Source: Phaeosaccion multiseriatum
Taxonomy: Eukaryota; Protista; Ochrophyta, other classes
Assembly: GCA_965112735.1 (NCBI GenBank)
Contig: OZ218950.1
Coordinates: forward strand, 186,001 to 250,000
Direction of reading: 5' to 3'
DNA length: 64,000 nucleotides
Under the pieces are notes generated by a model. That model was not told where the DNA came from. It worked only from the letters and a program-made list of their open reading frames with translations, and searched no databases. The position numbers were made by a program, and so were the translations under genes. Positions within the stretch are counted from its first letter, which is position 1; the number at the start of each line of letters is the position of its first letter. Shown piece by piece: positions 1-11,610 of the stretch.

Positions 1-808
1 GAGGTCGGCGATGGCCTCGGCCGTGTTGTGGTGGGTCAGTTCCGTCGCGGTGAGGTTTAGGCTTGCGAACTCAGCGCTGATGCGTCGGCTGGCGGATGCT
101 GGCGCTTGTTCGTTGAAGAAGAGGTTCGGGTGTTGCCGTATGGGGGTCGTGGCTGTGAGGTGGGTGTCTTCGTATTCGTCTTGGAGGATGGAGACGATTT
201 GCTCTGTGATCCCGTGTGCGTTTCTGTGAGTTGACGCGTTGGTGGTTTGGGCTGGATCTGAGGCTCGGAAAGTGGCGGTTGGCCTTTCCGGGCTGCGTGC
301 TCGGGGGGTCCTGCTTCGTCCCCTTGGCCTCGTGGTTGGCTGCATGGGTGCTGGGCTGGTCGCTGTGGGGGGTGGTGCTGTTGTAGGGCCTGTTGTCTCG
401 CTGGCGGGCGTGGTAGATCTCCTGGCGGCTGGTGCTGTTTGTTGCCGTGTCGTTGAGATCGGTTGTGGTTGCTGCTGCTGGGGGTGGGCTTCCGCTGCTG
501 TTGCTGTGGGTTCCGTGAGTGCTGGTGGGAGCTGTGGGTCCTGCGGGAGGGTGTTGCGGGGTGCTGCGGCCGCTGGTGGAGCCGTGATGGGGGTGGGCAC
601 GCCTTCCCGTGCTGGTGTTTGGCGAATTGCTGCTGCCGCTGCCCGTCTCTCCCTTCTTTCGAGCCGCTGCTGATCGCGGCTCATAGGTGGCTCCTGCTGG
701 GTTGCTGTGAGGTTTGCTGGTGTCTCCTGGGCTCCGGGGGGCCGCGTGGCCCCCCTGTCGTCCCCTTCCATGGTGGCCCTGTCTTAAGCAGAAAAAAAAG
801 AAGGGTGT
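1..808 (-). mobile_element. 5' portion of non-LTR retrotransposon copy 0 (continues left of window)
   Basis: Essentially identical to 9941-10748. Contains the ATG at 771 (MEGDDRG...) and ends ...cttaagcagaaaaaaaagaagggtgt, followed by host target ggggtgcgagaagca (809-823). Confidence 0.95.
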
Positions 809-1481
809 GGGGTGCGAGAAGCATCGGAAGCAAGGTGGGATGTGCGAGAGGCATGCACGAGTGAAGAGGGAGGGAGCGGAGCAGAAGGAGGAGAATGCCC
901 GTTGTACGCCTGTGCCCAAGCGAGGAGCTGCGGAGGACATCAATGGGAGAGGAAGGAAGAGGGCAAAATGCGCCCCTTCAATGCCTGAGGGAGAGGAGGA
1001 GAGGAAGGAGGAAGGGAAGGAGGCACTGGAGGATGGGAATGGGGTGGGTTTGCTTTCGGGGCTGGGGCTTCATGTCGGGGACGAGGTTCAACTGCCCTGT
1101 GACCTGTGGAGAGGGCTGGAAGATGGCGGGGCTGATGCTGCCACGGCCTTCTGCGGTCGTCGGGACAGGGAGCTATCGAATGGCGTGGTGGTGGCTGTGG
1201 GCCGGAGTAAAGTGTTGCTGCTGCCCCACCTCGCTGTGCGCACAAAGAGGAAGGGGGCGAGCCTGGAGAGCATGATCCGAGGCTTTGCGTCTGCCTACCA
1301 CCGCTATCGCTCAGGAGAAGTAGGGGAGGATGATGATGACGACAAGCTGAAGGAGGAGTGGGCGGTGCTGGAGGAGAGCATGGTGACGGCGAGTGAGAAG
1401 AAGAGGCGCGGACGGAAGGCGCTGCGAGCGTGCGTGCGTGTGGAGGGCTCTGCTGCGGATACCTCGGGACTTGGGATTTAG
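809..1481 (+). pseudogene. 3' half of WRKY19-like zinc-finger repeat gene paralog A, interrupted in its last repeat by element copy 0
   Basis: Reads GCEKHRKQGGMCERHA...GDEVQLPCDLW...DTSGLGI*, near-identical to the C-terminus of intact ORF 27863-29008. Upstream is retroelement sequence instead of further repeats. Confidence 0.85.
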
Positions 1482-3032
1482 TGACCCGATGGCCTTAATC
1501 CGCAGTGAAGCTTGGCACGTGCAATGGGCGAACCGTAGAGTAAGTCAATTGAAGTGAATTGCCCCACCCACTCGCCACACACTGTGCTTCATTTGGGGGG
1601 GGGGGGGGGGGGCGAACGAATGGTTTTAACATTCACAATGGACTTGGCAGCCTACGGGCACGCTGTGTGTGTCACTTGGCGCTGGAGCTGCAGAGATGAC
1701 TTGGCACGACATCGGTTACAGGTATAGAAGGAAGGCTTGATGGTAGATGGATGGCACACAGAATCCGAGGAGGGGGCTTGGAAGTGACTTGAAGACGAGG
1801 CTCGCTGGGGGGATGGGGCACGTAAGCTTACTTGATGATCAGTGTATGGATTGATTGATTGATTGATTGCACTCCCTCTCGTGTCTACTGCAGCCCTGCC
1901 CCGTGTGTGTGTGTGTGTGTGTGTGAAGAGAGGAGTCAAGTCCAGGCATGGCCGCAAAGTCAGGCGTGGACTCGTCTCCTCTCTGCACATCACCCCACTT
2001 TACCCCACTCCTCTCCAACTCACTCAACTCCACCTCTCCCCTGCAATAGAGCCTCCAAGCCTCCACTCCACTGCACGAGCCTAACTAGTCAAGAGGGTGC
2101 ATGCCTCTCCTCTCTTCACACCACACCACTCCACTCCACCACCTCTGGGATCTCTGTTGCCCCCCCTGGCCCCCCTCCCTCAACACCAGTCGGGTGCTCT
2201 TGCCATCCTTGTTCCTGTCCATGCACGCCTTCCCTCTTCTCTCTCTCTCTCTCTCCACTGTGTATTCGTGTATTTATGTCTTTGCTCTCCGCCCTCAAGG
2301 GGTGGCAGTGGATGGGGAGGGGCACACAGGTGGATGGATTGAGAAAGGGGATGGCAGTGGATACAGCAGCAAGAGCATAAGTCGCATTTTGTCTCATGTT
2401 CACCCTTCTTTGGGACTGAAACTCTAACAAATCAAGCTGTCGTGTATGCTCTTACGCCTCCCCTCGGCCCATCCACTGCCATCCCCTTGGTAGGCGGCGG
2501 GCTATGAAGTGTACGACGAGGAGCAGCTGAACGCCATCATCACTCGGTTGTAAGTCAGTGAAGGTGCAAGCAACAGGGACCACGAGAGAGTAGAACATAA
2601 AGGGATGTATCTGTGGATGTAGGCCGACGCCATCCACCCGTCACACCGATGGGCAGCAACAGGGTCGAGTCGGAGAGGAGAGGACAGCCGTGGGCTCAAC
2701 GTAGTAGGAGGGGCGAGCGAGTCAGAGAAAGCGAAGGAAGGGAGAGGGGGGCGTGGAGCGAGCTGAGAAGACGCGTTGGAACGATGTCCGATTAGGCTCC
2801 CGCAGGGGGTCAAGGGGTGAGCATCCTCCGATGGTTGTAGGCAGTCGTCTTCAGGGAAGAAGCTGGAATAGAAGATGAGGGAGGCTGGAGGGTGCAAGGG
2901 GCGGCGAGCGGGGCGACTGAATCCACTGGAGTAGCAGCACGAGCAGCGGTAAGACCAATCGCAGCAGCAGTGAGCGACAACCGCAGACGCAGCAGCAGTA
3001 GCTGGTGGGGGACTAGAAAGCAGCAAGTGCTT
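809..3032. repeat. Segmental duplication of the host gene 3' part plus ~1.55 kb downstream flank (partner ~28348-30622)
   Basis: 1482-3032 aligns with 29009-30622, including the G-run, (GT)n, (CT)n and degenerate exon-like pieces, with scattered substitutions and indels. Confidence 0.9.
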
Positions 3033-4016
3033 TTTTTGGGCGCTTGTCGTCAGCAGCGCGTTGTAGCTGGTGCGGTGCGGCAGGGGGGAGGGGAGGGGCA
3101 TCAGCACCGGTGCTGGCAATGGCAAGCCTTCCATGAGGTGCAGGCTCGTCAGACTGGGCAGATGGAAGGGAGCATCGCAGAGGTAGAGCTTAAGAACTCC
3201 TTGATGGTGATGGGCCTTTCATTTCGATAATTCACTCTTGTCCCTCACTGCTATCGTACGAGCTTTGCACAAACTGTCCCTTCCACTCCCGGTGTCACAG
3301 ACGGGGGGGGAGGTCGGTTTATACATACGAAAAGGGAGAAGTGGCGGCAAGGCTCGGGCCTATAAACGGAAACTGAAACTATATCGCATGTTCCTGGGCT
3401 CCTCCCTTCTTCCCCCCTCCCTGACAAGACTTCAGACGGCGGCGCGGACTTGTTGGAAGCGTTCGAGTTGGCGTAACAAGCATTCGTTTGGTTCTCGAGT
3501 ACCCTGGTGTGTCGTTACCACTTGGGCCAGGCGCTTGGGAACCTCCTTTGTCTTCAGACTGAAGCATTCAATTGTCACTCCTCGTCAGGATTAATAAGAC
3601 CCTATTTCTCAGGTGGATCGAGAGAGACAGTGAAAGAGCAGACGCAGTGGATGGACTCGAAGCCCCTTATGCCCTGAGGTGGATTTGGACCTGTTGAAGA
3701 AACGCAAAGGAGGTGCAAGGAGGATTGTTTGAAGGGCGCGGAGTTGTGAAAATGCGGAAGAAGTGTACTGTGGAGGGGTGTGACAGGCAACGAAGGCAGG
3801 GGGGACTTTGCCAGGGCCATGGGGCTGTGGTGAAGAGGTGTACAGTTGAGGGGTGCGAGAAACATTCGCGACGGGGAGGACTTTGCGTGGCCCACGGGGC
3901 GGTGGTGGTACCGAAGAGGTGTACTGTTGAGGGGTGCGAGAAGCAGTCGCAACAGGGAGGACTTTGCATTGGGCACGGGGCTGTGATGAAGAGGTGTACT
4001 GTTGAGGGGTGCGACA

Positions 4017-7000
4017 TGTATATTAGAGCTTATGGGCTCAGTATTGGAGCGCTCGAGGTAAGTTGTAACCATGTGTAGATGCGTGTATGTGTGGTATTGA
4101 TGGAGCGTGAGGTGGAGGGGAAGAGGATGGTAAGGGTGGTAGAGTAGAGGATAATGGGGAATGGGAAGGGAGTGAAGGGGGGAGGAGGAGATGAAGGGGT
4201 GTGGGAAGGAGTGAGGTGGTGGAGGTGATATGTGAACTAGCCTACTGTGGGTGGTGCGGGTGACAAGGCGTGACTAACTGTGGTTGCTATGCTGTGTGCT
4301 GATGGTCTCGCTGTCTGCTGGCTGGTGTACTCCTGCTCCTCAGGCGGCCGCTCCGTCGATGGCTCCCATGAGCCCCCAGTCGAGGGTTTCTGCTGCTTCG
4401 TGCTGCGTCATGGTGGCTCGAAGGAGGGTGCCATACCTGATCTCCCGCTGTGAGAGGGCGCGTTGAAGGGCGAGGGACAGTTGTTGGCGCAGGAGGCCCT
4501 TGATGGGGCCCGTGGCTGCCGCCGCTGCGGGGCCGAGCCCTCTTGATGCCTTGTGGATGGCCATCGCCTCGATGAGCTCGTCCGTTTGGTGGCCCAGTCT
4601 GCCGTACGTCTCGATTGCAATGCACTTCAGGGTTGAAGTCCCGGGCAGAAAACTGCCCAGGTAGTGGGTGCGCTTGCGTTCTTCGGCGGCGGCTGCTTCG
4701 TGGCCTGGCGTGGTGGAGGCCCGTCCCACGTGAGTGGGGGCGGTGGGGTTGGTGACGGTGATGTCGCAGAGGAGGTTTCTCCGCAGGGGTGCGTCCGCTC
4801 CCGGGAAGCTACCTGCGGGATAGGTCAGGTCCATGCGTAGGTCTCGGCCTGCTCGGGTGCCCGTGGGGCCGTCGAAGCAGGTCTGGTCCTCTACACGTGC
4901 TCCTCCAATGCCCACGCTGTGCATCATCCTCCCGAAGGCCTTGACGAGGAGGTGGTGTGTGTGGTTGTGGAGGCCGGTGCGGGGGCAGATGGTGGCGTGG
5001 GTAGTGCTTGCCGTGCGGGCGCAGCCTGTGCCAAGGCAGGGTGGGGGCGGGTCCGCGTATGGCGTGTTGACACCGAGGTTGCGACGAAGGGCCATGGTCC
5101 ATTCTGCGGGGGCCATGGTGTTGTGGCCGTGGGGGAGCGCTCCGAGGAAGGCCATGGCGCCCCTTCCTCGCTGTGAGTGGAGTCGGGCTGTTGCCATTTC
5201 CTGTGTCTCCTCTCCCCTCTGTGCCTCTGCCGGTGTGACGTCGATGGTGGCGATGCTCTGCGTCAGCTCCTCATGGCGGCGTTTGTGGATGAAGGTGGTG
5301 AGGGCCTTCTGGACGCCGTGGGTCGGTTGACGGCCTGCCTGATGGCTCCTGCGCACGTTGCGTCGCGCTGTGTCCTGGGCTTGGTGGTCAGGCGGCTCGA
5401 GTACGCGTGAGCGGGCCTCGTCGAACTGTGCCTGACCCACTGCTTGGATGAGGGGGGCCTCAGGGACCCCCTCCTCGTGCAGGAGGTTGACGCTGTCGGC
5501 GACGCTCTTGAGGGCTCCGTTGGTGAACAGCTGGTCCGGTAGGGCGCTCTCTTGGGAGCCTTCCCGGCGTGCGGTGCGGCTGAGCAGGGGGGAGGGTGAG
5601 CATCTTGTTGCCAAGGTATGCTGCTGGGGCGATGTCGTGGAGGCTGGTGAGGCCGAGGCCGCCGAAGCGCCGTGCCGTATGCATTTGTAGGCGCTGTGTC
5701 TCCGTCCATGGCTCCTCTTGTGCATCTGCGGCCTGCTCCAGAGGGGGGGCATCGGGGAGTCGCATGATGTGGGCCATTGTCGCTCTGTTGGTGCGGTCTG
5801 CCCTGCTGCCGAGGGCGCGTCGGAAGATGGAGGGGTCAATGGCTCTCGCCAGGTGTGTGAGCCTGGCTGGGAGGCATTGGAGGAGGACGAGGGTGGCCGC
5901 CTGGGTGTTGTCCCACTCGCTGCAGTGTTTGGCGAGTTGGAGGTAGCCCCTGGGGTCTTCTTGGCCGAGGATGTTGCGGAGGTACTCTTCGATGTACTCC
6001 TCCGTGCCGACGGGGATGCCGGCTACCACGGTACCCTCGGTGGCAAGTGTGGCGCCCTGCCGTTGGGCGTGGTCCCTGTCAGCCTGTGTTGGCTGCTTGC
6101 CTTTGCCCATGAGGTAAACCGTTTTCCTCTCGTTGAACTCGAGGCCCAAGCCTCGGAATTGGGCTTGGAGATGGGCATGGCGTGGGGCGTAGGTCTGTAG
6201 GGGTGCGTCGGGTTCCAGCTGGTCCATGAGGTCGTCTGCGTAGGCGGAGATGGTGGGGCGGTTCGCTGCGGTGTCGGCTGTGTTCTGAACTTTCAGCACT
6301 GGGTGGATGGCGGCTGCGAACATGAGAGGCCCTTCTGGTGCTCCTTGGTTGACTCCGGAGCTCTGGTGGATGGTCTGGGTGCCGTCTGGTGTGAGGGCGT
6401 TGTGGGCGGAGGCGTGGGAGAGGCTGGCGATGGCGTAGTTGATGCCTGCTGGGTCGATGGTAGGGAGTGCTCCTGAGGCTAGGACGCCTCTGGCACGCGA
6501 CACGCGGGTGTAGGCCTTGGTGATGTCATGCAGCACGACGGTTTTGCCGGCATCGTGCGCTAGCTGGGCTGCTGCGGCGTGTGTTTCCCCTCCGCCTCTG
6601 ACCGCTACCGCTAGCTGTCCTGCGCTTCTGAGCTCTGGGCCCACCCTGTCCGCGATGAGCTTCATGTGACAGCTCTCCACGAGGCTGCGGTAGAGGTTGG
6701 GGGATGTCACAGGACGCGCTTTCTCGCCGAGGGCTGCGGCGCTGGTGCTGAACCACCGTTTGGCGAGCTGTGGAGGCAGTGGAGTGTCCCCCGTTCGGAG
6801 CAGCTCGTAGGTGTCAGTCAGAGCCTCCACGATTGCGTACTCCTGGGGGCTGTCCGGGGGGTACTTGACGTGGCTCGCCCTGCGCCCGTCTGCTCCTTGG
6901 CCCTTCCAGAAGTTGACCCTCCGGTAGGTCAGCAGCATGGCTGTGCTGATCTCCTCTCTGGTGACGTCGTTGCCATTCTCGGGGTGCTCCTGCACCTGGG

Positions 7001-10000
7001 TTCTGGCGTACTCCCTGGCTGCTGCTGCTGCTGTGTTGATCTCTTCGAGGCTCTCGTCGACGTGCGCTTGCTGGAGGCGTCTAAAGGTCTCGTGTGTGGG
7101 AGGGAGGTGGCCGTCTCTGCTCTTTGTGCTGAGCCTCGCCGCGGCCTTGTGCAGGCCTCCGGGTTTGGTGAGCAGGTGGGCGCAGGTTTCTCTCCGTCGC
7201 TCCTCTGTCTGTGCCTGTGCTGGGGGTGGTGGGCGGCGTGCGTGTGCTGTGGCTATCGCTGCTTGTGCGAGTGGGGCGATGTCGAGGTCGAGGACCATCT
7301 GTATCCGCTGCTGGCGGCTGTAGGCTCCGTCTTTAGAGAAGAGCATGGCAGGGAGGAGGTGGTGGAAGACATCCCATGCCAGAAGGGTGTGGAGGGTGGC
7401 GTCGGTGGGGCCGTTCTTGTGGGCCCTCAGCGCCCTGTTCCAGTTGTTGAGCGCTCTTTGCTGTAAGCTGATAATCGAGCTGACGTGGCGGGGGTTGCAC
7501 TGCGCTACTGTCTCAAACACGAGTGTTGAGAGGATGGTACCCTGCGGGTCCAGGGCCCCTAGGCGGAGGACGTTTGGGTGCTGCATGGGCCATCCTTCCT
7601 CGGGTGTATCGTCGTTGGCTGGCCCTTCTCCGTCCCCTCCGTCCCCGCCGCTACCTCCTTGGCCTCTGCTCCGTCCTCCTCCCCCTCGTCTCGCTGCTGC
7701 TGCTGTGGTTCCTTGCGTGCGTGTGCTATCTCCCCCTGCCCTTTCTCTCTGAGGTCCCCTCTCTGCTGCTGCTCCTTGTCCGTTTCCTTCCCCCCTCCCT
7801 CGTCCTCCTCTTCGTCCTTCTACTCCACTTGGCGCTGCTGCGATTGCTCCTCCTCCTCCTCCTCCTCCTTCCGCGTGCCCTCGCCCTCCTCCTCTGCCCG
7901 TGGGGGTGGTGGGTTGGTACGGGTTGAGCCTGGCCGTTGCTGTCGTGTGCTGGGGCGTTGCCGTACGCGACGGGTCCTCGTTTGGGTCTGGGCCTAGATA
8001 GGCGTTCTCGAGGTCGTTGAGGGGGCCTTGGTAGGCCGATGCTGCGTTGCCTTGGGTGAGGATGGTCCTGAGGGCGGGGATGGCTCGTTGAGCTTGGTAG
8101 CCAGCCATGCAGCCTTGCGCGGGGCAGGGGAGGTTGCCTGGTGGTATGACGGGCTGCTGGTTGGCTCTCCTCAGTGTGGCTTGGTCGTTCAGGTGGTGAA
8201 GGAGGCACGCGGGGTGAACGGTGTGTTGGCAGCGTCGGGTGCGTACTGGCCACTCCGTGGTTGGTGCGATGAAAGGGGGGTCCGCGTCAGACATGCATAT
8301 GCAGCATATCGGGGCTGGGGGGGCGGTAGGTTGGGGTGGGGGTGTGTGTCGGGTGGTGGGGGGTGGCTGGGACTGGCGGCGCCGTCCTTGGCTGGCCTGC
8401 GCGTGCTGCTGATGCGACTCTCTGCGCTCCCTCGCTAGGCGATCCCTTGCGCGGCCCATAGCTCTCCCTCCTTGTGCTGTGATGGCCTGCTCGATCGTGT
8501 GCCGGTAGCAGGGGTTGCGGCAGTAGGGGCAGAGGTGGTCGTTGCGGTTGGGGTACGTGCTCATGACTCCCAATGCGCAGTGGTTGTGCACGTGATGTTC
8601 GTCTTCGTGCATGGCGACTTGTGCTTGGCCAGTGAGCGGTTCCATACACACCGGGCAGTTGGGTAGCTCCTCGTTGTTGGTGGGGTCGCCTCCTCCTTCT
8701 GCTTCGTCACCTCCTCCCTCTGCTTGCCCTTCCCCTCCTTCTGCCGCTGCTTCCCGTGCCAGTGCTGGGCGCTCTCCTCCGCCTCTGCTGTTTTCGCCCT
8801 CTCCCCCCCTGCTACTACTCTTCCGTCGCGGTCTCCTCGTCCCCCTCCCCTGTGTCCCGCTCGCTCTCCTCTCCCTTCTCCCTCCGGGTCGTGCTCCCGT
8901 GTAGTGTCTGTCCCACCTGCTCTTGTCGGTGGGGGCATGCTGCGAGCTCGTGGTGGGATGGTTGACGATGCCGGGAGGTGTGCTGCTTCGTATGCTCGTA
9001 TGCATGTGTGGCATATGGGCTGCCGTAGGCCTGCTTGCGGGAAGCTTCTGAGGAGGGATCTGCCGGAGTTTCTGTGGGCCAGGTTGCCGCATCCACGTAT
9101 ACAGTCACGTAGCTGATACGTTCTGTTCTGTGGTCCGCTCTGTGGGCCGTTGGCGCGGTACCACAGGATTGACGCGGCCTGGGGGTGGTGTTCGCGCATC
9201 CATCGTTCCCACTCTCGGCCGCGGTTGGGGTGGTGGCTCAACTGGTGCCTGTTGAGGCGGTCTCTGGACCTGCCGACCGTGACGAAGGTGTCATTGCACT
9301 GTTCGAAGTTGCAGAGGACTCCCGTGGCGATGTAGTTGTTGTCAATGTTCCTGCGGTACGCTGTGGTGTTGTTGTGGGTGTCGTCCGTCTGTGGCGTGGT
9401 TGTGTCGCTTTGGGTGGGGGGTGTTGGCGGTCCTGGTGCGGTTCCCCGGGGGGCCTGCCTCGTGCGTAAGGCGAGGGCTTGCCCCGGCGCCCACCACGGT
9501 GTGGCCATGGTGTTGGCGAAGGGGGAGGTGGTGGTGTTGTTGGTGTGGTCGCGTAGGGCGTGGCCGTAGCGCTCAACGATGGCTTGGACGTCGGGTAATA
9601 CCGCGATGAGTTCCTCCTGTCGTGAGGCGGTGATGTAGTCGTTGACCAACTCGTTGGAGGTGATCTCTTGGCCTGCGAGCGTGTGGGCATAGGCCTCTAC
9701 GATCTGTTGCCATCCAAGGGGGTAATCTCCTCCCCCATGTGGTCTTCCGGGGGTGGTGGGGGGGCCTCCGCTCCTTAGAGCTTGTCTGAGGAGGGGCATA
9801 TAGAAGTGCGAGTTGGTAGGCGGGAGCGCCGCGTCGCGCTGGTGGCGTATGGTGTTGCTCCATGTCGTTGGTGCGTGTCCATGCGTGTCTGTTTCGAGTG
9901 ATGCTGTCTCTTCCTCGTGCGTCGTGGGGGGTGGTCGTACGAGGTCGGCGATGGCCTCGGCCGTGTTGTGGTGGGTCAGTTCCGTCGCGGTGAGGTTTAG

Positions 10001-10748
10001 GCTTGCGAACTCAGCGCTGATGCGTCGGCTGGCGGATGCTGGCGCTTGTTCGTTGAAGAAGAGGTTCGGGTGTTGCCGTATGGGGGTCGTGGCTGTGAGG
10101 TGGGTGTCTTCGTATTCGTCTTGGAGGATGGAGACGATTTGCTCTGTGATCCCGTGTGCGTTTCTGTGAGTTGACGCGTTGGTGGTTTGGGCTGGATCTG
10201 AGGCTCGGAAAGTGGCGGTTGGCCTTTCCGGGCTGCGTGCTCGGGGGGTCCTGCTTCGTCCCCTTGGCCTCGTGGTTGGCTGCATGGGTGCTGGGCTGGT
10301 CGCTGTGGGGGGTGGTGCTGTTGTAGGGCCTGTTGTCTCGCTGGCGGGCGTGGTAGATCTCCTGGCGGCTGGTGCTGTTTGTTGCCGTGTCGTTGAGATC
10401 GGTTGTGGTTGCTGCTGCTGGGGGTGGGCTTCCGCTGCTGTTGCTGTGGGTTCCGTGAGTGCTGGTGGGAGCTGTGGGTCCTGCGGGAGGGTGTTGCGGG
10501 GTGCTGCGGCCGCTGGTGGAGCCGTGATGGGGGTGGGCACGCCTTCCCGTGCTGGTGTTTGGCGAATTGCTGCTGCCGCTGCCCGTCTCTCCCTTCTTTC
10601 GAGCCGCTGCTGATCGCGGCTCATAGGTGGCTCCTGCTGGGTTGCTGTGAGGTTTGCTGGTGTCTCCTGGGCTCCGGGGGGCCGCGTGGCCCCCCTGTCG
10701 TCCCCTTCCATGGTGGCCCTGTCTTAAGCAGAAAAAAAGAAGGGGTGT
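4017..10748 (-). mobile_element. Full-length CRE-clade-like RLE non-LTR retrotransposon, copy 1 (~6.73 kb)
   Basis: RT and RLE motifs present. Left junction gaggggtgcgaca|tgtatattag, right junction aagaaggggtgt|gggggtgcgagaagca. Near-identical to copies 2 and 3. No LTRs and no poly(A). Confidence 0.95.
4340..10711 (-). CDS. Retroelement polyprotein (C2H2 ZnF - CxxC - 2x RING - RT - CCHC - RLE), probably one ~2120-aa ORF split by homopolymer indels
   Basis: ORF pieces 8561-10711, 5460-9092 and 4340-5839. RT motifs GQGADG, KARPV, QLAVAVRGGGE, DITKAYTRVSR, GVNQGAPEGPLMF, YADD (6231-6242), GLEFNERK and GGLGL. CLGTGC...HATIC knuckle. RLE motif RMDL...CDITVTNP...ERKRTHY...IAIETYGRLG. Both frame breaks can be repaired at G/C runs (~8803-8809, ~5587-5592). 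Confidence 0.85.
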
Positions 10749-10916
10749 GGGGGTGCGAGAAGCAACGGATCCAAGGAGGACTTTGCGTTGGGCATGGGGC
10801 TGTGGTGAAGAGGTGTACTGTTGAGGGGTGTAACAAGCATCGTGTCCGAGGAGGGCTTTGTGTTAGCCACGGAGCTGTGGTGGTACCGAAGAGGTGTACT
10901 GTGGAGGGGTGCGAGA

Positions 10917-11524
10917 TGTATATTAGAGCTTATGGGCTCAGTATTGGAGCGCTCGAGGTAAGTTGGAACCATGTGTAGATGCGTGTATGTGTGGTATTGA
11001 TGGAGCGTGATGTGGAGGGGAAGAGGATGGTAAGGGTGGTAGAGGAGAGGATAATGGGGAGTGGGAAGGAAGTGAAGGGGGGAGGAGGAGATGAAGGGGT
11101 GTGGGAAGGAGTGAGGTGGTGGAGGTGATATGTGAACTATCCTACTGTGGGTGGTGCGGGAGACAAGTCGTGACTAACTGTGGTTGCTATGCTGTGTGCT
11201 GATGGTCTCGCTGTCTGCTGTCTGGTGTACTCCTGCTCCTCAGGCGGCCGCTCCGTCGATGGCTCCCATGAGCCCCCAGTCGAGGGTTTCTGCTGCTTCG
11301 TGCTGCGTCATGGTGGCTCGAAGGAGGGTGCCATACCTGATCTCCCGCTGTGAGAGGGCGCGTTGAAGGGCGAGGGACAGTTGTTGGCGCAGGAGGCCCT
11401 TGATGGGGCCCGTGGCTGCCGCCGCTGCGGGGCCGAGCCCTCTTGATGCCTTGTGGATGGCCATCGCCTCGATGAGCTCGTCCGTTTGGTGGCCCAGTCT
11501 GCCGTACGTCTCGATTGCAATGCA
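10917..11524 (-). mobile_element. 5'-truncated copy (608 bp: 3' UTR plus last ~94 codons)
   Basis: Same 3' junction (gaggggtgcgaga|tgtatattag). Element sequence stops at ...tcgattgcaatgca and resumes as host ggggtgcgataag, a typical TPRT 5' truncation. Confidence 0.93.
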
Positions 11525-11610
11525 GGGGTGCGATAAGAGGGGGGTCCAAGGAGGACTTTGCCTGGCCCACGGAGCTGTGACCAAGAGGTGCACTGTTGAG
11601 GGGTGCGAGA

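Noticed and set aside
789-800. A-run as a poly(A) tail
   Set aside because: It lies at the 5' end of the minus-strand ORF (a T-run in element sense), ~20 nt upstream of the ATG.
2494-3230. Exon-like pieces (AAGYEVYDEEQLNAIITR etc.) in the duplicated flank
   Set aside because: Frames are disrupted and differ between the two duplicates, so no supportable gene model results.
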